64,000 nucleotides of DNA from Patescibacteria group bacterium (GTDB taxonomy: Bacteria > Patescibacteriota > Minisyncoccia > Phycocordibacterales > UBA1550), in the NCBI GenBank assembly GCA_038062675.1, contig JBBTWP010000003.1, positions 129,378 to 193,377 of the forward strand, read 5' to 3'. Positions 38,103 to 47,732 of this stretch are shown here, piece by piece. The translations under genes and the position numbers were made by a program. Each line of letters begins with the position of its first letter. The stretch's first letter is position 1. The notes under the pieces were generated by a model, which was given only the letters and a program-made list of their open reading frames with translations, was not told where the DNA came from and searched no databases.

Positions 38103-40805
38103 ATGGCCCTACACAAAAATTTCCCAAAAGACCCATACGCGATTTTAGACCCCGAGATTAGGTGGTTTCCTGCTGACGAGGATTTGCGCGAGAAGGGTTT
38201 TGATAAGCTTATTCCACCGCTTGTGGCTGATTTGCGCAAGAAAGTGAAGGAGTGGCGGGATATGCAGTACGAGGGCGCAAGCGACACATCGAAAGCGCTC
38301 CTGAACTGGTGGTTTAAAGAAGAGCATGTTATATACAATGCAGATGGATCGTCGTTTAACTTTCGTTACTATTTTGCACAAAGGGAAGCACTGGAGACGG
38401 CGGTGTGGCTCTATGAGGTGGCGAAAGTGAAGGATAAGCATGATCTCATCCGCTACAATTCTACCGGCGTTCTGAGTGCGCAGATGTTCCCCGAGGAGTG
38501 GCTTCGCTTGGTGATTAAAATGGCGACAGGTGCCGGCAAGACAAAGGTGATGAGCCTTGTGGTTGCGTGGGCGTATTTTCATAAAAAATACGAGGCAGAT
38601 TCGAATCTCGCAAAGAATTTTCTTTTGATAACGCCGAATGTTATTGTTTTTGAAAGAATTAAAAATGATTTTGAAGGTTTGAAGATATTTTTTAGCGACC
38701 CTGTTTTACCTGACAATGGTTATCAAGGGCAAAACTGGCAGGATGATTTTCAGGTCACGCTTCACTTACAGGATGACTTGCGAAATGTTTCTGACACAGG
38801 TAACATATTTTTGACGAACATTCACAGAGTATTTGAGAGTGATGTTCGTGTTGCAAGTCCTGACGACGAAGACACAACAGAGTATTACCTTGGGAATAAA
38901 CCTGTAGCAAAAACGAATGATTCAACGGTTGATTTGGGGATGATTGTGCGTGATATTGATGAGCTCATTATTATTAATGACGAGGCACATCATGTAAGAC
39001 CAAAGACGGCTTGGTATAAATCAATCGAGGATATACATAACAAATTGAAAGCAAAGGGCTCAAAGCTCTCTCTCCATATAGACGTGACCGCTACCCCAAA
39101 AGATGACGATGGTTCTATGTTTGTTCAAGTTGTATCAGACTATCCTTTGGTAGAAGCAATTCATCAAAATATAGTAAAAATACCGGTGATGCCCGACGAG
39201 GCGAGCCGTGCAAAACTGAAAGAAAATCAAAGTATAAAATTTAGTGAAAAATACAGGGACTACATCAATCTTGGCGTAGAAGAATGGCGTAAAACCTATG
39301 AAGAATTAAAGCAGATGAATAAAAAATCGATTCTTTTTATTATGACCGACGACACAAAGAATTGTGATGAAGTGTCAGAATACATTCAGGCAAGTTTCGT
39401 GGACTTAAAAGGTGCGGTTCTGACCATTCATACTAACAAGAGCGGGGATATTTCCGAAAGCGTGACGGGGAAGAATAAAGAAGAGCTGGATAAACTGAGG
39501 AAGCAGGCGAACGAAATAGACAGCATGGAAAGTCCGTTCAAAGTGATTATTTCTGTGATGATGCTCAAGGAGGGTTGGGATGTTAAGAATGTTACGACTA
39601 TTGTCGGGCTGAAGCCTTTTACTGCTGAAAATAAAATTTTACCAGAGCAAGCATTAGGAAGAGGTTTAAGGAGGATGTTTTTTGGAAAAGATGCTGAAGA
39701 AAAAGTAAGTGTTATTGGAACACAGGCTTTTATGGATTTCGTGGCGTCGATTAAGAGCGAGGGGGTTGTTCTTGAGAAAAGGGCAATGGGGGAGGGGACA
39801 AAGCCGATCGCACCAATGGTTATTGAGGTAGACAAAGAAAACCCAAAGAAAGATATCGAGAGGTTGGATATTGAGGTTCCTGTGATGTCCCCGAGAATTC
39901 AAAGAGAGTACAAAAACTTAGGAGTACTCGATGTTGCCACTTTTGGAAATGTGAAAGTTCTGGTAAAAACTTTTTCTGAGGAAGAAAAAAGGCAGATCGT
40001 GTTTAAGGAAGTTATCAGTGAAAAAATAAGTCATACGGTTGATTTGACTGGAGAAATTTCCTCTGACTACCAAAGAGTGGTCGGCTTCTTTGCTCAAGCG
40101 ATAATGAGAGAGCTAAGAATGTTTAGTGGTTACGATATTTTGTTTGGCAAGGTTAAGGAATTTATCGAAAAACAGATGTTTGAACAGATGGTAGATATAT
40201 CAGACCTCAATATCTTGGCAAATTTGTCCGAGGTGGAATATGCAAGACTCATTAAGGATTCTTTCAAAAAGGCTATCAATGATCTCACTATAGAGGACAG
40301 TGGTGATACGGAGATTAAAAATTATATTAAAATTAGCGATGCACGCCCATTTGTGGTGAATGATAAATCGTATTTGATATCAAAAAAATCTGTTTTCAAT
40401 AGAATTGTTGGTGACAGTAACTTTGAATTGGAATTTGCTGATTTCCTCGAGGGTTGCGAGGATGTAATTTCGTACGCGAAAAACTTTCAGAACAAAGAAG
40501 CAAGTGCTCTACGGGTTGAGTATAAAAACTCTGAGGGAATGATAGCTAATTATTACCCAGATTTTTTTGTTAAGAAAGATGACAAGACGGTATATATTGT
40601 TGAAACAAAAGGGAGAGAGGAAGCTGACGACAAATTGAAGTTTGAAAGGTTGCAAAAATGGTGTGTGGATGTGAACAACAGACAAACCAAAGTAGTATAT
40701 AAAGCTCTCTACCTAAAACAGGAGGAATGGAACAAGGATAAACTTAGGAATTTTGATGAGGTTGTGAGGGTATTTGGTTCGACCAGTCACAAGAATGGTC
40801 AATAG
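38103..40805 (+). CDS. Type III restriction Res subunit (SF2 helicase + PD-(D/E)XK nuclease)
   Basis: MATGAGKT, DEAHH, TATP, EGWDV, QALGRGLR, YYPDF...VETKG. Confidence 0.92.
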   Translation: MALHKNFPKDPYAILDPEIRWFPADEDLREKGFDKLIPPLVADLRKKVKEWRDMQYEGASDTSKALLNWWFKEEHVIYNADGSSFNFRYYFAQREALETAVWLYEVAKVKDKHDLIRYNSTGVLSAQMFPEEWLRLVIKMATGAGKTKVMSLVVAWAYFHKKYEADSNLAKNFLLITPNVIVFERIKNDFEGLKIFFSDPVLPDNGYQGQNWQDDFQVTLHLQDDLRNVSDTGNIFLTNIHRVFESDVRVASPDDEDTTEYYLGNKPVAKTNDSTVDLGMIVRDIDELIIINDEAHHVRPKTAWYKSIEDIHNKLKAKGSKLSLHIDVTATPKDDDGSMFVQVVSDYPLVEAIHQNIVKIPVMPDEASRAKLKENQSIKFSEKYRDYINLGVEEWRKTYEELKQMNKKSILFIMTDDTKNCDEVSEYIQASFVDLKGAVLTIHTNKSGDISESVTGKNKEELDKLRKQANEIDSMESPFKVIISVMMLKEGWDVKNVTTIVGLKPFTAENKILPEQALGRGLRRMFFGKDAEEKVSVIGTQAFMDFVASIKSEGVVLEKRAMGEGTKPIAPMVIEVDKENPKKDIERLDIEVPVMSPRIQREYKNLGVLDVATFGNVKVLVKTFSEEEKRQIVFKEVISEKISHTVDLTGEISSDYQRVVGFFAQAIMRELRMFSGYDILFGKVKEFIEKQMFEQMVDISDLNILANLSEVEYARLIKDSFKKAINDLTIEDSGDTEIKNYIKISDARPFVVNDKSYLISKKSVFNRIVGDSNFELEFADFLEGCEDVISYAKNFQNKEASALRVEYKNSEGMIANYYPDFFVKKDDKTVYIVETKGREEADDKLKFERLQKWCVDVNNRQTKVVYKALYLKQEEWNKDKLRNFDEVVRVFGSTSHKNGQ

Positions 40806-40816
40806 TCTTTGCGTGA

Positions 40817-41152
40817 CTATTTCTTCGCGAGTATTTCTCTTGACACTGCACCTTGACCTGGTCCCACGACACTGTTTTCCTCGAGAGTGTCCACGAGGCG
40901 GGCTGCGCGGGCGTAACCGATTTTTAGCTTTCGTTGCAGGAATGAAACCGAAGCTTTTTGCGAAGCAATAACAATTTTCTTTGCCTCTGCATATAGTGTT
41001 TCGTCGTCCATGGTGTTTTCTTGCGAAGCACCGTCAAGTTTCGACATAATCTCAGTGTATTGAGCGTTTGTGCGAGTGTTGAGTAACTCAATTTTTTTAG
41101 ATAGCTCAACAACTTCCTTTTCGAGAGTCTTAATTTTTTCTTGGTTAGGCAT
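40817..41152 (-). CDS. Stand-alone FtsK gamma-domain protein with N-terminal coiled coil
   Basis: DD.LY..A...ASVSFLQRKLKIGYARAARL.D.LE...VGP. Confidence 0.85.
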   Translation of the reverse strand: MPNQEKIKTLEKEVVELSKKIELLNTRTNAQYTEIMSKLDGASQENTMDDETLYAEAKKIVIASQKASVSFLQRKLKIGYARAARLVDTLEENSVVGPGQGAVSREILAKK

Positions 41153-41168
41153 ATTATAGTTTTAAATT

Positions 41169-42848
41169 TTATCCCTCCTTTTCCAAATCCACGACGCGCT
41201 CAACTTCATCAAACGAGGTCGAACCGGCGAGGATTTTCTCGATACCGTCTTCACGCATCGTGAGGAGACCTTGTTTTTCGGCGATGGCGCGGATTTCGCG
41301 CTCGCTCGGAATGCCGTCGAGAAGTGCTTCGATTTCGGCATTCATAATCACGGCTTCAAAAATACCCACACGCCCTTTGTAGCCAGTGTTGTTGCAAATG
41401 GGGCACCCAACAGCGCGCCAGACTTTTTCTGTTTGCACGACGGTGCCTGTTTTTGCGGTGATTCTCGCAGAGAGATCGGCAATAATCTTTTTCTCGCGCT
41501 CGTTAGGGACATCTTCTTTTTTGCAGGCGACACAAAGCTTGCGCGCAAGACGTTGTGCAAGGGCGACGGTAAGCGCCGACCCGATAATCTTTGGTGTAAC
41601 ACCAATATCAATCAAGCGGGGGATGGCGCCGGCGGCGGTGTTGGTGTGGAGTGTGGAAAACACCATGTGTCCCGTGAGTGCGGCATTGATGGCTATTTTT
41701 GCCGTTTCGCCATCGCGGATTTCGCCGACCATGATCACGTCGGGGTCTTGGCGGAGGGCAGCGCGGAGACCATCTAAAAAGGTGTAGCCCTTTTCTGCTT
41801 CGATTTGTGTTTGGGAGACGCCCTTCAAGTGATATTCAATTGGATCCTCAATCGTCATCATCTTTATTTCCGGCGAGTAAATTTTCTTCATGAACGAATA
41901 CAGCGTCGTTGTTTTTCCTGAGCCAGTAGGGCCGGTATTCAAAATCATGCCGTGTGGTTTTGCGATTTCCTTTTCCATGACGGCAAGTAAGCGCGGGCTC
42001 ATCCCCAAGTCTTCCAGTGTGACGTTCAAAGATTGCGGATTCAAAAGGCGCATAACCACGCCTTCTCCATAGGCACTCGGAATGACCGACACGCGGATTT
42101 CGATTTCTAGATCGGAAACTTTAATACTGAAACGCCCATCTTGGCTTTCGGAGCCGAGGTTGAGTTTCATGCCAGCGATGAGTTTCAGGCGCGAGCTGAA
42201 CAGGCGGTATATCGTATGAGGGAGTGTCGCCACTTCGTGGAGGACGCCATCGATACGATAGCGGATACGAATGATGTCCGCTTCGGGTTCAATGTGAATG
42301 TCTGAGGCGTGAATGCCGATAGCGCCCGCAAGAATAACGGTAAAAATTTTTGAAATGTAGCGCGCATCTTTTGAGTCAACCGTGGTCTTGAGAACCTCTT
42401 CTACGTTGGCAAGTGTTTTAAAACGCGCCACCAAAATCTCGATTCCTTCGCCAGAAATGTCGAGCACTCCCGCTTCTGACTTTGTGGCACCGGAAATTTC
42501 TTTGTATCGCTCCCATGCTTTTTCTAGACTGACATGCGAGGCGAGATAGGGCTCGATTTGGTATCCGCGCTCTACAAGCCCTGCCAGCACTTCTTTGGTG
42601 TGCTCGCCAGTGGGGGAGAAGAGTGCCACTTTAAGTTTTTTATTTGAAAGTTCAAATGGTCCGACAAGGGCAGCACGCGCGTCAGCCTCTTTTATGATGC
42701 CGACCGCACTGATGTCGATGGGGATGCCGTTTAGGTCGATGTACGGAATCTTGTATTTGCTCGACATTGCTTGAAGGAAATCCTCCTCTTCTTTCTTGCG
42801 AAGGTCGTTCAGTTTCTCGTCGCCGGCAATGTCTTTGAAATTAAGCAT
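41169..42848 (-). CDS. pilB: Type IV pilus assembly ATPase PilB/GspE
   Basis: ASDIHIEP, QDGR, GPTGSGKTT, TIEDPIEY, LRQDPD, STLHTN, CxxC...CxxC. Confidence 0.93.
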   Translation of the reverse strand: MLNFKDIAGDEKLNDLRKKEEEDFLQAMSSKYKIPYIDLNGIPIDISAVGIIKEADARAALVGPFELSNKKLKVALFSPTGEHTKEVLAGLVERGYQIEPYLASHVSLEKAWERYKEISGATKSEAGVLDISGEGIEILVARFKTLANVEEVLKTTVDSKDARYISKIFTVILAGAIGIHASDIHIEPEADIIRIRYRIDGVLHEVATLPHTIYRLFSSRLKLIAGMKLNLGSESQDGRFSIKVSDLEIEIRVSVIPSAYGEGVVMRLLNPQSLNVTLEDLGMSPRLLAVMEKEIAKPHGMILNTGPTGSGKTTTLYSFMKKIYSPEIKMMTIEDPIEYHLKGVSQTQIEAEKGYTFLDGLRAALRQDPDVIMVGEIRDGETAKIAINAALTGHMVFSTLHTNTAAGAIPRLIDIGVTPKIIGSALTVALAQRLARKLCVACKKEDVPNEREKKIIADLSARITAKTGTVVQTEKVWRAVGCPICNNTGYKGRVGIFEAVIMNAEIEALLDGIPSEREIRAIAEKQGLLTMREDGIEKILAGSTSFDEVERVVDLEKEG

Positions 42849-42975
42849 AATCAATGAAATAAGTTTCTTTTATTGTAAGGGTTTTTGGCTTTTATTACCA
42901 CTTGACAAAATCTGTTAATTTGATATAATATAAATAGAGTTCATTTTACACACAATAACCTTAAGGAGTCGGGCA

Positions 42976-43374
42976 ATGAATACGAAGCAAACTCTAGTAA
43001 TCCTTGCAATTTCTGTTGTCATGTTGGCAACAGGGTGTGCAACCAGCCAGAAAGCTCCCGATACGAAAGAACAATACGTGTGTCGGGTAAATTGCAAAGA
43101 ACAAAAGCAACAGCCGGTTCAAAAGTACTTTAGTATCGAAGAACGGATGGCGGCAGAACAAGGCGTTCTCGATCGGCAGGCGGAGGCAACCAAACGCCTC
43201 AAGTTGCACCATTACTGCAAAGCATACGCAAATGGGCAACATAGTATCTATGTTGCATGCGTAGAGAGGAGTGTCGGCAGGGGGTATTTTCAAGCCCAAG
43301 GATTTCCTTGGCAAGAAAATCGCCCGCGAAACAGGTGTCCTGAACTTTTTGATAGCCGAGGTCCTTGTTGGTGA
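42976..43374 (+). CDS. Orphan Cys-rich lipoprotein
   Basis: Lipobox LATGC; AAGGAG RBS; TTGACA-17-TATAAT promoter at 42902. Confidence 0.7.
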   Translation: MNTKQTLVILAISVVMLATGCATSQKAPDTKEQYVCRVNCKEQKQQPVQKYFSIEERMAAEQGVLDRQAEATKRLKLHHYCKAYANGQHSIYVACVERSVGRGYFQAQGFPWQENRPRNRCPELFDSRGPCW

Positions 43375-43486
43375 CGAGGGGGTTGCGAGGCAACCCACAA
43401 TGACGGTCTTCCTTAGGGACGACCGTCATTTTTTATATAAAAAAAGGGGTTCCCCACGGAACCCCTCAAACAACTCCCAAGACAAA

Positions 43487-44677
43487 CTAATACAGCGTAT
43501 TCAAATCCTCAACATACCAATTTCCCCATTGATACGTATCAGGATCAAAAAATATACTCATACGCGCAAGTGGATTTTGCGTGTCGATTGCATGCCACAT
43601 TGTCACCGTACGTTCATTGGTAAGAGTAAACTCCATACTGTGAAGATCATATCCCGAGCTCCACCCCGGATATGTTTCGGGACCATAGTACGTCTCGGTT
43701 TTCACTGAAACAAAACGCGGATCCTTGCTTGCCACCCGAATCATATCTGCCTTCGCGCGGTCAGCCTGATTGTCTGCAGTGTTGAGAGGACGAAGGATAT
43801 TCAAGGTAACACCATTCAGTAATGGCATCAACGCATACGTGTTGGTGTTGAAAAAGAAAAGCTGATTTACAGGAGAATATCCCCAACCACTTACTCCGTA
43901 GTATTGCCAAATCTGACCTTGTATCCACCCCAAATCAATTGCAAACTGAAGAGATACGCGGACTCCTTGATATTCCACATACGCTGTAGACGAAGGCGCG
44001 TTTCCTGACATTTGAAATACTATCCATTGCCACGCATTTCCCGGATATGTCACCACATCAGTTCGGTCGGCGACAAACAAGGAAGGAGAGGGGTATTTGA
44101 GTGCCGTAGTAACAGCAAGAGGTGCACGAACATAGCCAGCTCCGCCCGCAGTAATATCGGTATTCATTTCCCAATGCAAGTGAGCATTAGTAGAGTTTCC
44201 TGTCCTGCCAATCGTTGCAACAAGTTGACCTTTTATTACAGTGCCATCCTTCACAATTCCCTTCGCTATGCTATTCAGATGAAAGTAGATACTTTTTATC
44301 TGTTTAGCATCGGGAAGGTTGTAAACAATATGCAACGATATTCCTCCATCCCCAGTGTTTGTAGGATTTATAAATGACACAACCCCGTCAGCAACAGCAT
44401 AGAGAGGATCACCAAGATCGCTATCGCCGCCGCATACACCATTCCAATCTTCGCCAGGGTGATATGAAGTAGGTTTATCCTTAAAACCACCGTAATTAAA
44501 GTGAGTCTGGTCTTTTTTATAACCAATGTCTGGTACACCATCTCCCCCAACACAGTCCCCCCAGCTTTTATCTGCTTGAAACGGCAACTGAAATCCCGCC
44601 GTATTCACCGTTGCTGCATTTGCAGTGGCACATATCACCAACAAACACACTCCCAGAACCACATTTCTTACGTCCAT
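43487..44677 (-). CDS. Secreted M23 peptidase-domain protein
   Basis: Signal peptide; HPGED (HxxxD), YAVADG.V, YFHL, G.TG.ST..HLH. Confidence 0.85.
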   Translation of the reverse strand: MDVRNVVLGVCLLVICATANAATVNTAGFQLPFQADKSWGDCVGGDGVPDIGYKKDQTHFNYGGFKDKPTSYHPGEDWNGVCGGDSDLGDPLYAVADGVVSFINPTNTGDGGISLHIVYNLPDAKQIKSIYFHLNSIAKGIVKDGTVIKGQLVATIGRTGNSTNAHLHWEMNTDITAGGAGYVRAPLAVTTALKYPSPSLFVADRTDVVTYPGNAWQWIVFQMSGNAPSSTAYVEYQGVRVSLQFAIDLGWIQGQIWQYYGVSGWGYSPVNQLFFFNTNTYALMPLLNGVTLNILRPLNTADNQADRAKADMIRVASKDPRFVSVKTETYYGPETYPGWSSGYDLHSMEFTLTNERTVTMWHAIDTQNPLARMSIFFDPDTYQWGNWYVEDLNTLY

Positions 44678-44825
44678 TAGTCATACCTCTTTTGAGTTTA
44701 AAAGAACATATCAGTTGTTTCCAACTGCCCGAGGGGAGTATAGCACAAGTATGTTTTTTTTTGCAAGAAAAATTTCGATTCTGCAGAATCGTGTCGCAAA
44801 AGATCCTTTGGGCACGACCCCCCCC

Positions 44826-45506
44826 TTATTGCTTCAAAGATTTAAACGAGAGGAGGATTTTTTCCAACACTGGCAAGTTCTTCCGGAGCTCTGGAAATCC
44901 CTGAAAATATTTTGAGAAATAAATCTCAAAAGTTACATTGCCTCCATCAAGAATATGGATTTCAATTTCATTCCAATCTCCTTTATCATTTTTGCTGTCA
45001 AGGATGACTCCCTGCAAATTGCTTAGTTGAATCATTTTTTTTACTTGAAGATGCCCATTTTCTAAAAGAATTGCTTTACGTTTCACAAAAGGTTCTGAGA
45101 AAACAGAGAGGTTAAACCACATGTCAGTATCAACCCCCCCCCTTAATTGTGATTTGGGCAAAGTGTACACACCTCCAAGGGACCCGCTACGACCAGCAAA
45201 TCTCATTTCGCTCCAATCGCTCGGATATGTCAATTCAAACCCAAATGGGTAATAGTTATTTTTGAATTGATACACTTGCATACCGTCTGAGCCAATTGTG
45301 TTCACAGAAGTTATTTTTTCCGAAACATCAGATGGTGGAAATTTAGATGGCACTGAAGGTGTGTGCGGAGGAAGATTCGATGTCCCCACATCCGTTTTCG
45401 GAACCAAAACAGGTGCCTTTTTTGTGTAGTTGCTCACACCAAAAAGCACGCCGATGAGAGTGACCGCAACCGCAAAAAGAATCACTTTGTATTTTGTATT
45501 TATCAT
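44826..45506 (-). CDS. Membrane-anchored hypothetical protein
   Basis: N-terminal TM; N..Y.FGF.L.YP.DW and ILLSFK motifs. Confidence 0.6.
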   Translation of the reverse strand: MINTKYKVILFAVAVTLIGVLFGVSNYTKKAPVLVPKTDVGTSNLPPHTPSVPSKFPPSDVSEKITSVNTIGSDGMQVYQFKNNYYPFGFELTYPSDWSEMRFAGRSGSLGGVYTLPKSQLRGGVDTDMWFNLSVFSEPFVKRKAILLENGHLQVKKMIQLSNLQGVILDSKNDKGDWNEIEIHILDGGNVTFEIYFSKYFQGFPELRKNLPVLEKILLSFKSLKQ

Positions 45507-45647
45507 AATACTTACATCGTAGCACAAATAAGGGTTTTTGAAGGAATTGTGTTGTTCTCGCCTCTCACCTTTTTAAAACCAACAGTAGAACGCGGATTAT
45601 TAGGGGGGGTATTGACATTTTATATAAAAGTAGTATAATGGAAACTT

Positions 45648-46418
45648 ATGAAAAAAATGATAACCAGTATGAAGTTTTGGGGGGTATCGGCAACGCTTGC
45701 AGTTGTTATTTTCCCTATGGTTTCGTGGGCGGCAATTGTGGTTTCGCCAGCTTCCGCAGGCAGTATTTCCGAGACGGGAGCGTCCCTTACTGCGCACATT
45801 GATAATCCGTGGAAGACCACCACGGTGTGGTTTGAGTGGGGGGAAACTCCTGAGCTTGGCTCTGTCGCCGGCATGTCTTCAATATGGCATCAAGGTTTCT
45901 CTTCGGGGTATCTTTCGGGATTGAAACCCGGAACTAAATATTATTATCGTGCGGTTGCCACCGAGGGCGGTGAACGCAAAGAGTCCTCTGTGGCGTCATT
46001 TACGACACCTGCAGAGCCTGTGCCTGTTGTGAAAGTTGCGCCGACTCCCGCACCTGCTCCCAAGGCGGAGCCCGTGGCTGAAAAAGTGGTTGCTCAAAAA
46101 CCAGCACCAAAATCAACAAAAGATATAACCACAAAAACAGTTGCCAAGGCGGAAACCAGCACATCTTCTATTGTATGGAGAGATAACAGTAGCATGGCGT
46201 CAGTATTTGGTATTGGAGAGGGAATTTTCCCTGATACTCTTGTGGGGTGGGTTGCGCTCATCATCACACTCATGGCAATCGTGCTCATTGTCCGCATGAT
46301 TTTTGATTCAGTTGAAAAGCGTGGGCATGTGAATGCGCGTGAAGATAAAGAGGGGAAAGAAGGAGAGGTGGAGAAGCATCCACACGCACTCGAGGTTCCT
46401 CGCCCACCAAAGGCGTAA
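45648..46418 (+). CDS. Surface protein with one FN3-like domain and C-terminal anchor
   Basis: Signal; WFEWG...GL.PGT.YYYRAVA...SFTT; Pro/Ala linker; TM. Confidence 0.8.
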   Translation: MKKMITSMKFWGVSATLAVVIFPMVSWAAIVVSPASAGSISETGASLTAHIDNPWKTTTVWFEWGETPELGSVAGMSSIWHQGFSSGYLSGLKPGTKYYYRAVATEGGERKESSVASFTTPAEPVPVVKVAPTPAPAPKAEPVAEKVVAQKPAPKSTKDITTKTVAKAETSTSSIVWRDNSSMASVFGIGEGIFPDTLVGWVALIITLMAIVLIVRMIFDSVEKRGHVNAREDKEGKEGEVEKHPHALEVPRPPKA

Positions 46419-46541
46419 AAGCCTTTAAATATACGACAGATTTATGCAAGAAAGTCAGCCTCGAAAGGGTTGACTTTTTCGTATAGTGTGATACAATAGA
46501 TAAAGACAAGAAATTCACCTTGAAATATAAGGAGGAGGAGA

Positions 46542-47588
46542 ATGCTCCCTTCAGACATTAATGAAGACGGCACACTAAAAACCAAAGTTCAACAAAGTTA
46601 TACTCTTGATGAATCTAATGGAGGTTTTATGAAAAAGTATGGTTGGTGGATGTTGCTCGTTTTGCTGGTTGCCGGTGGGTTAGTATATTGGCTATGGCCT
46701 GTTACTGAGGAAGCGCCAAAGTCGGGGACAATTAACCGTCCTGCGGACATTCTGCTGTCGGATGAGATTGAGCGTCTTAAAAGTGAGAACGCTGCGCTCA
46801 AACAGCAACAGGAACAGGAAGCAAAGCCCAAGGAACTTACCTCTGAAGAAATCGCGGCGAAAAAGAGAAAGGCACAAGAGCAACGGGATCGTCGCAAAGC
46901 TGAACAAGCCAAGCGAGAAGTTGCCGAGCTCAACAGAAAGGAGAAGGCAGATCAAGCACGGCGAGAGCTTTTGGCAGCAGAAGAACGAGCGAAGAAAGCC
47001 TGCGGTGTTCTGGGGTATACCCCAAGAGCCGGAGGAAAATTTTCTTGCAATCAGCCGCCAGTAGAAAAAGTTGTCACGCCGGTTTCACCAAAACAAAGTG
47101 TTGCCTGCGGAGATCGATTGGTGTGGACTGAGGTTGCACAGAATGACTGGAAATGTCTTCCTGTTGTTTTGCAACCAGCGCCAGTTGCCTTTGTGGCGCC
47201 GACTCCTCCACAAGTAGCACCTCCCGTCGATGATTGTCGCGGAAAAAAGGTGCAACCTGACGGAAGTGTTTGGTGTTTAGAGGAGGTTCCTGTTCAAAAG
47301 AAAGAACATCCCGGCTTGCTTGCAGGTGCGGGAAGTGCTCTTTTGGGGGGAGTAATTGGTTATGTTATTGACCCAAGTGGTGGGGGTGTCCGTGGAGCAC
47401 TCGCAGGAGGGCTCTGCGGTTGGGGATTCAATCGAGACGGAGACTCCGGAAGTGCCGTCAGTTGCGGTGTCGTCGGCGGTGTCCTTGGTGGTCTTGTTAA
47501 CAAGGGTGATGGTGGCGGAGGTTCTTCGGGCGCGGGGCAGCCAGTAGAGTCTCCTGTTCCTAGTGGTCCCGTGGAATCTCCTATATAG
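46542..47588 (+). CDS. Orphan membrane-anchored coiled-coil protein with Gly-zipper-like tail
   Basis: AAGGAGGAGG RBS; TM, charged coiled coil, Cys pairs, GxxxG repeats. Confidence 0.7.
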   Translation: MLPSDINEDGTLKTKVQQSYTLDESNGGFMKKYGWWMLLVLLVAGGLVYWLWPVTEEAPKSGTINRPADILLSDEIERLKSENAALKQQQEQEAKPKELTSEEIAAKKRKAQEQRDRRKAEQAKREVAELNRKEKADQARRELLAAEERAKKACGVLGYTPRAGGKFSCNQPPVEKVVTPVSPKQSVACGDRLVWTEVAQNDWKCLPVVLQPAPVAFVAPTPPQVAPPVDDCRGKKVQPDGSVWCLEEVPVQKKEHPGLLAGAGSALLGGVIGYVIDPSGGGVRGALAGGLCGWGFNRDGDSGSAVSCGVVGGVLGGLVNKGDGGGGSSGAGQPVESPVPSGPVESPI

Positions 47589-47732
47589 CTCTTTGAAGTT
47601 TAACTTTTGGATGTGTGTCATAGCAATATGGCCCACATCCGCATTTTCAAGTTTTTGACCTATTTTTTGGTCGAGGGTTTGAAAATGCGCGTAATATCGT
47701 GTATTGTGCGCACAAGAGTAAAACGTAATTAT

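Noticed and set aside
33828-44826. 11-kb transposon or invertible segment defined by ~55-bp inverted repeats
   Set aside because: No transposase or invertase, contains core pilB, and a third partial copy at 441 indicates a dispersed motif
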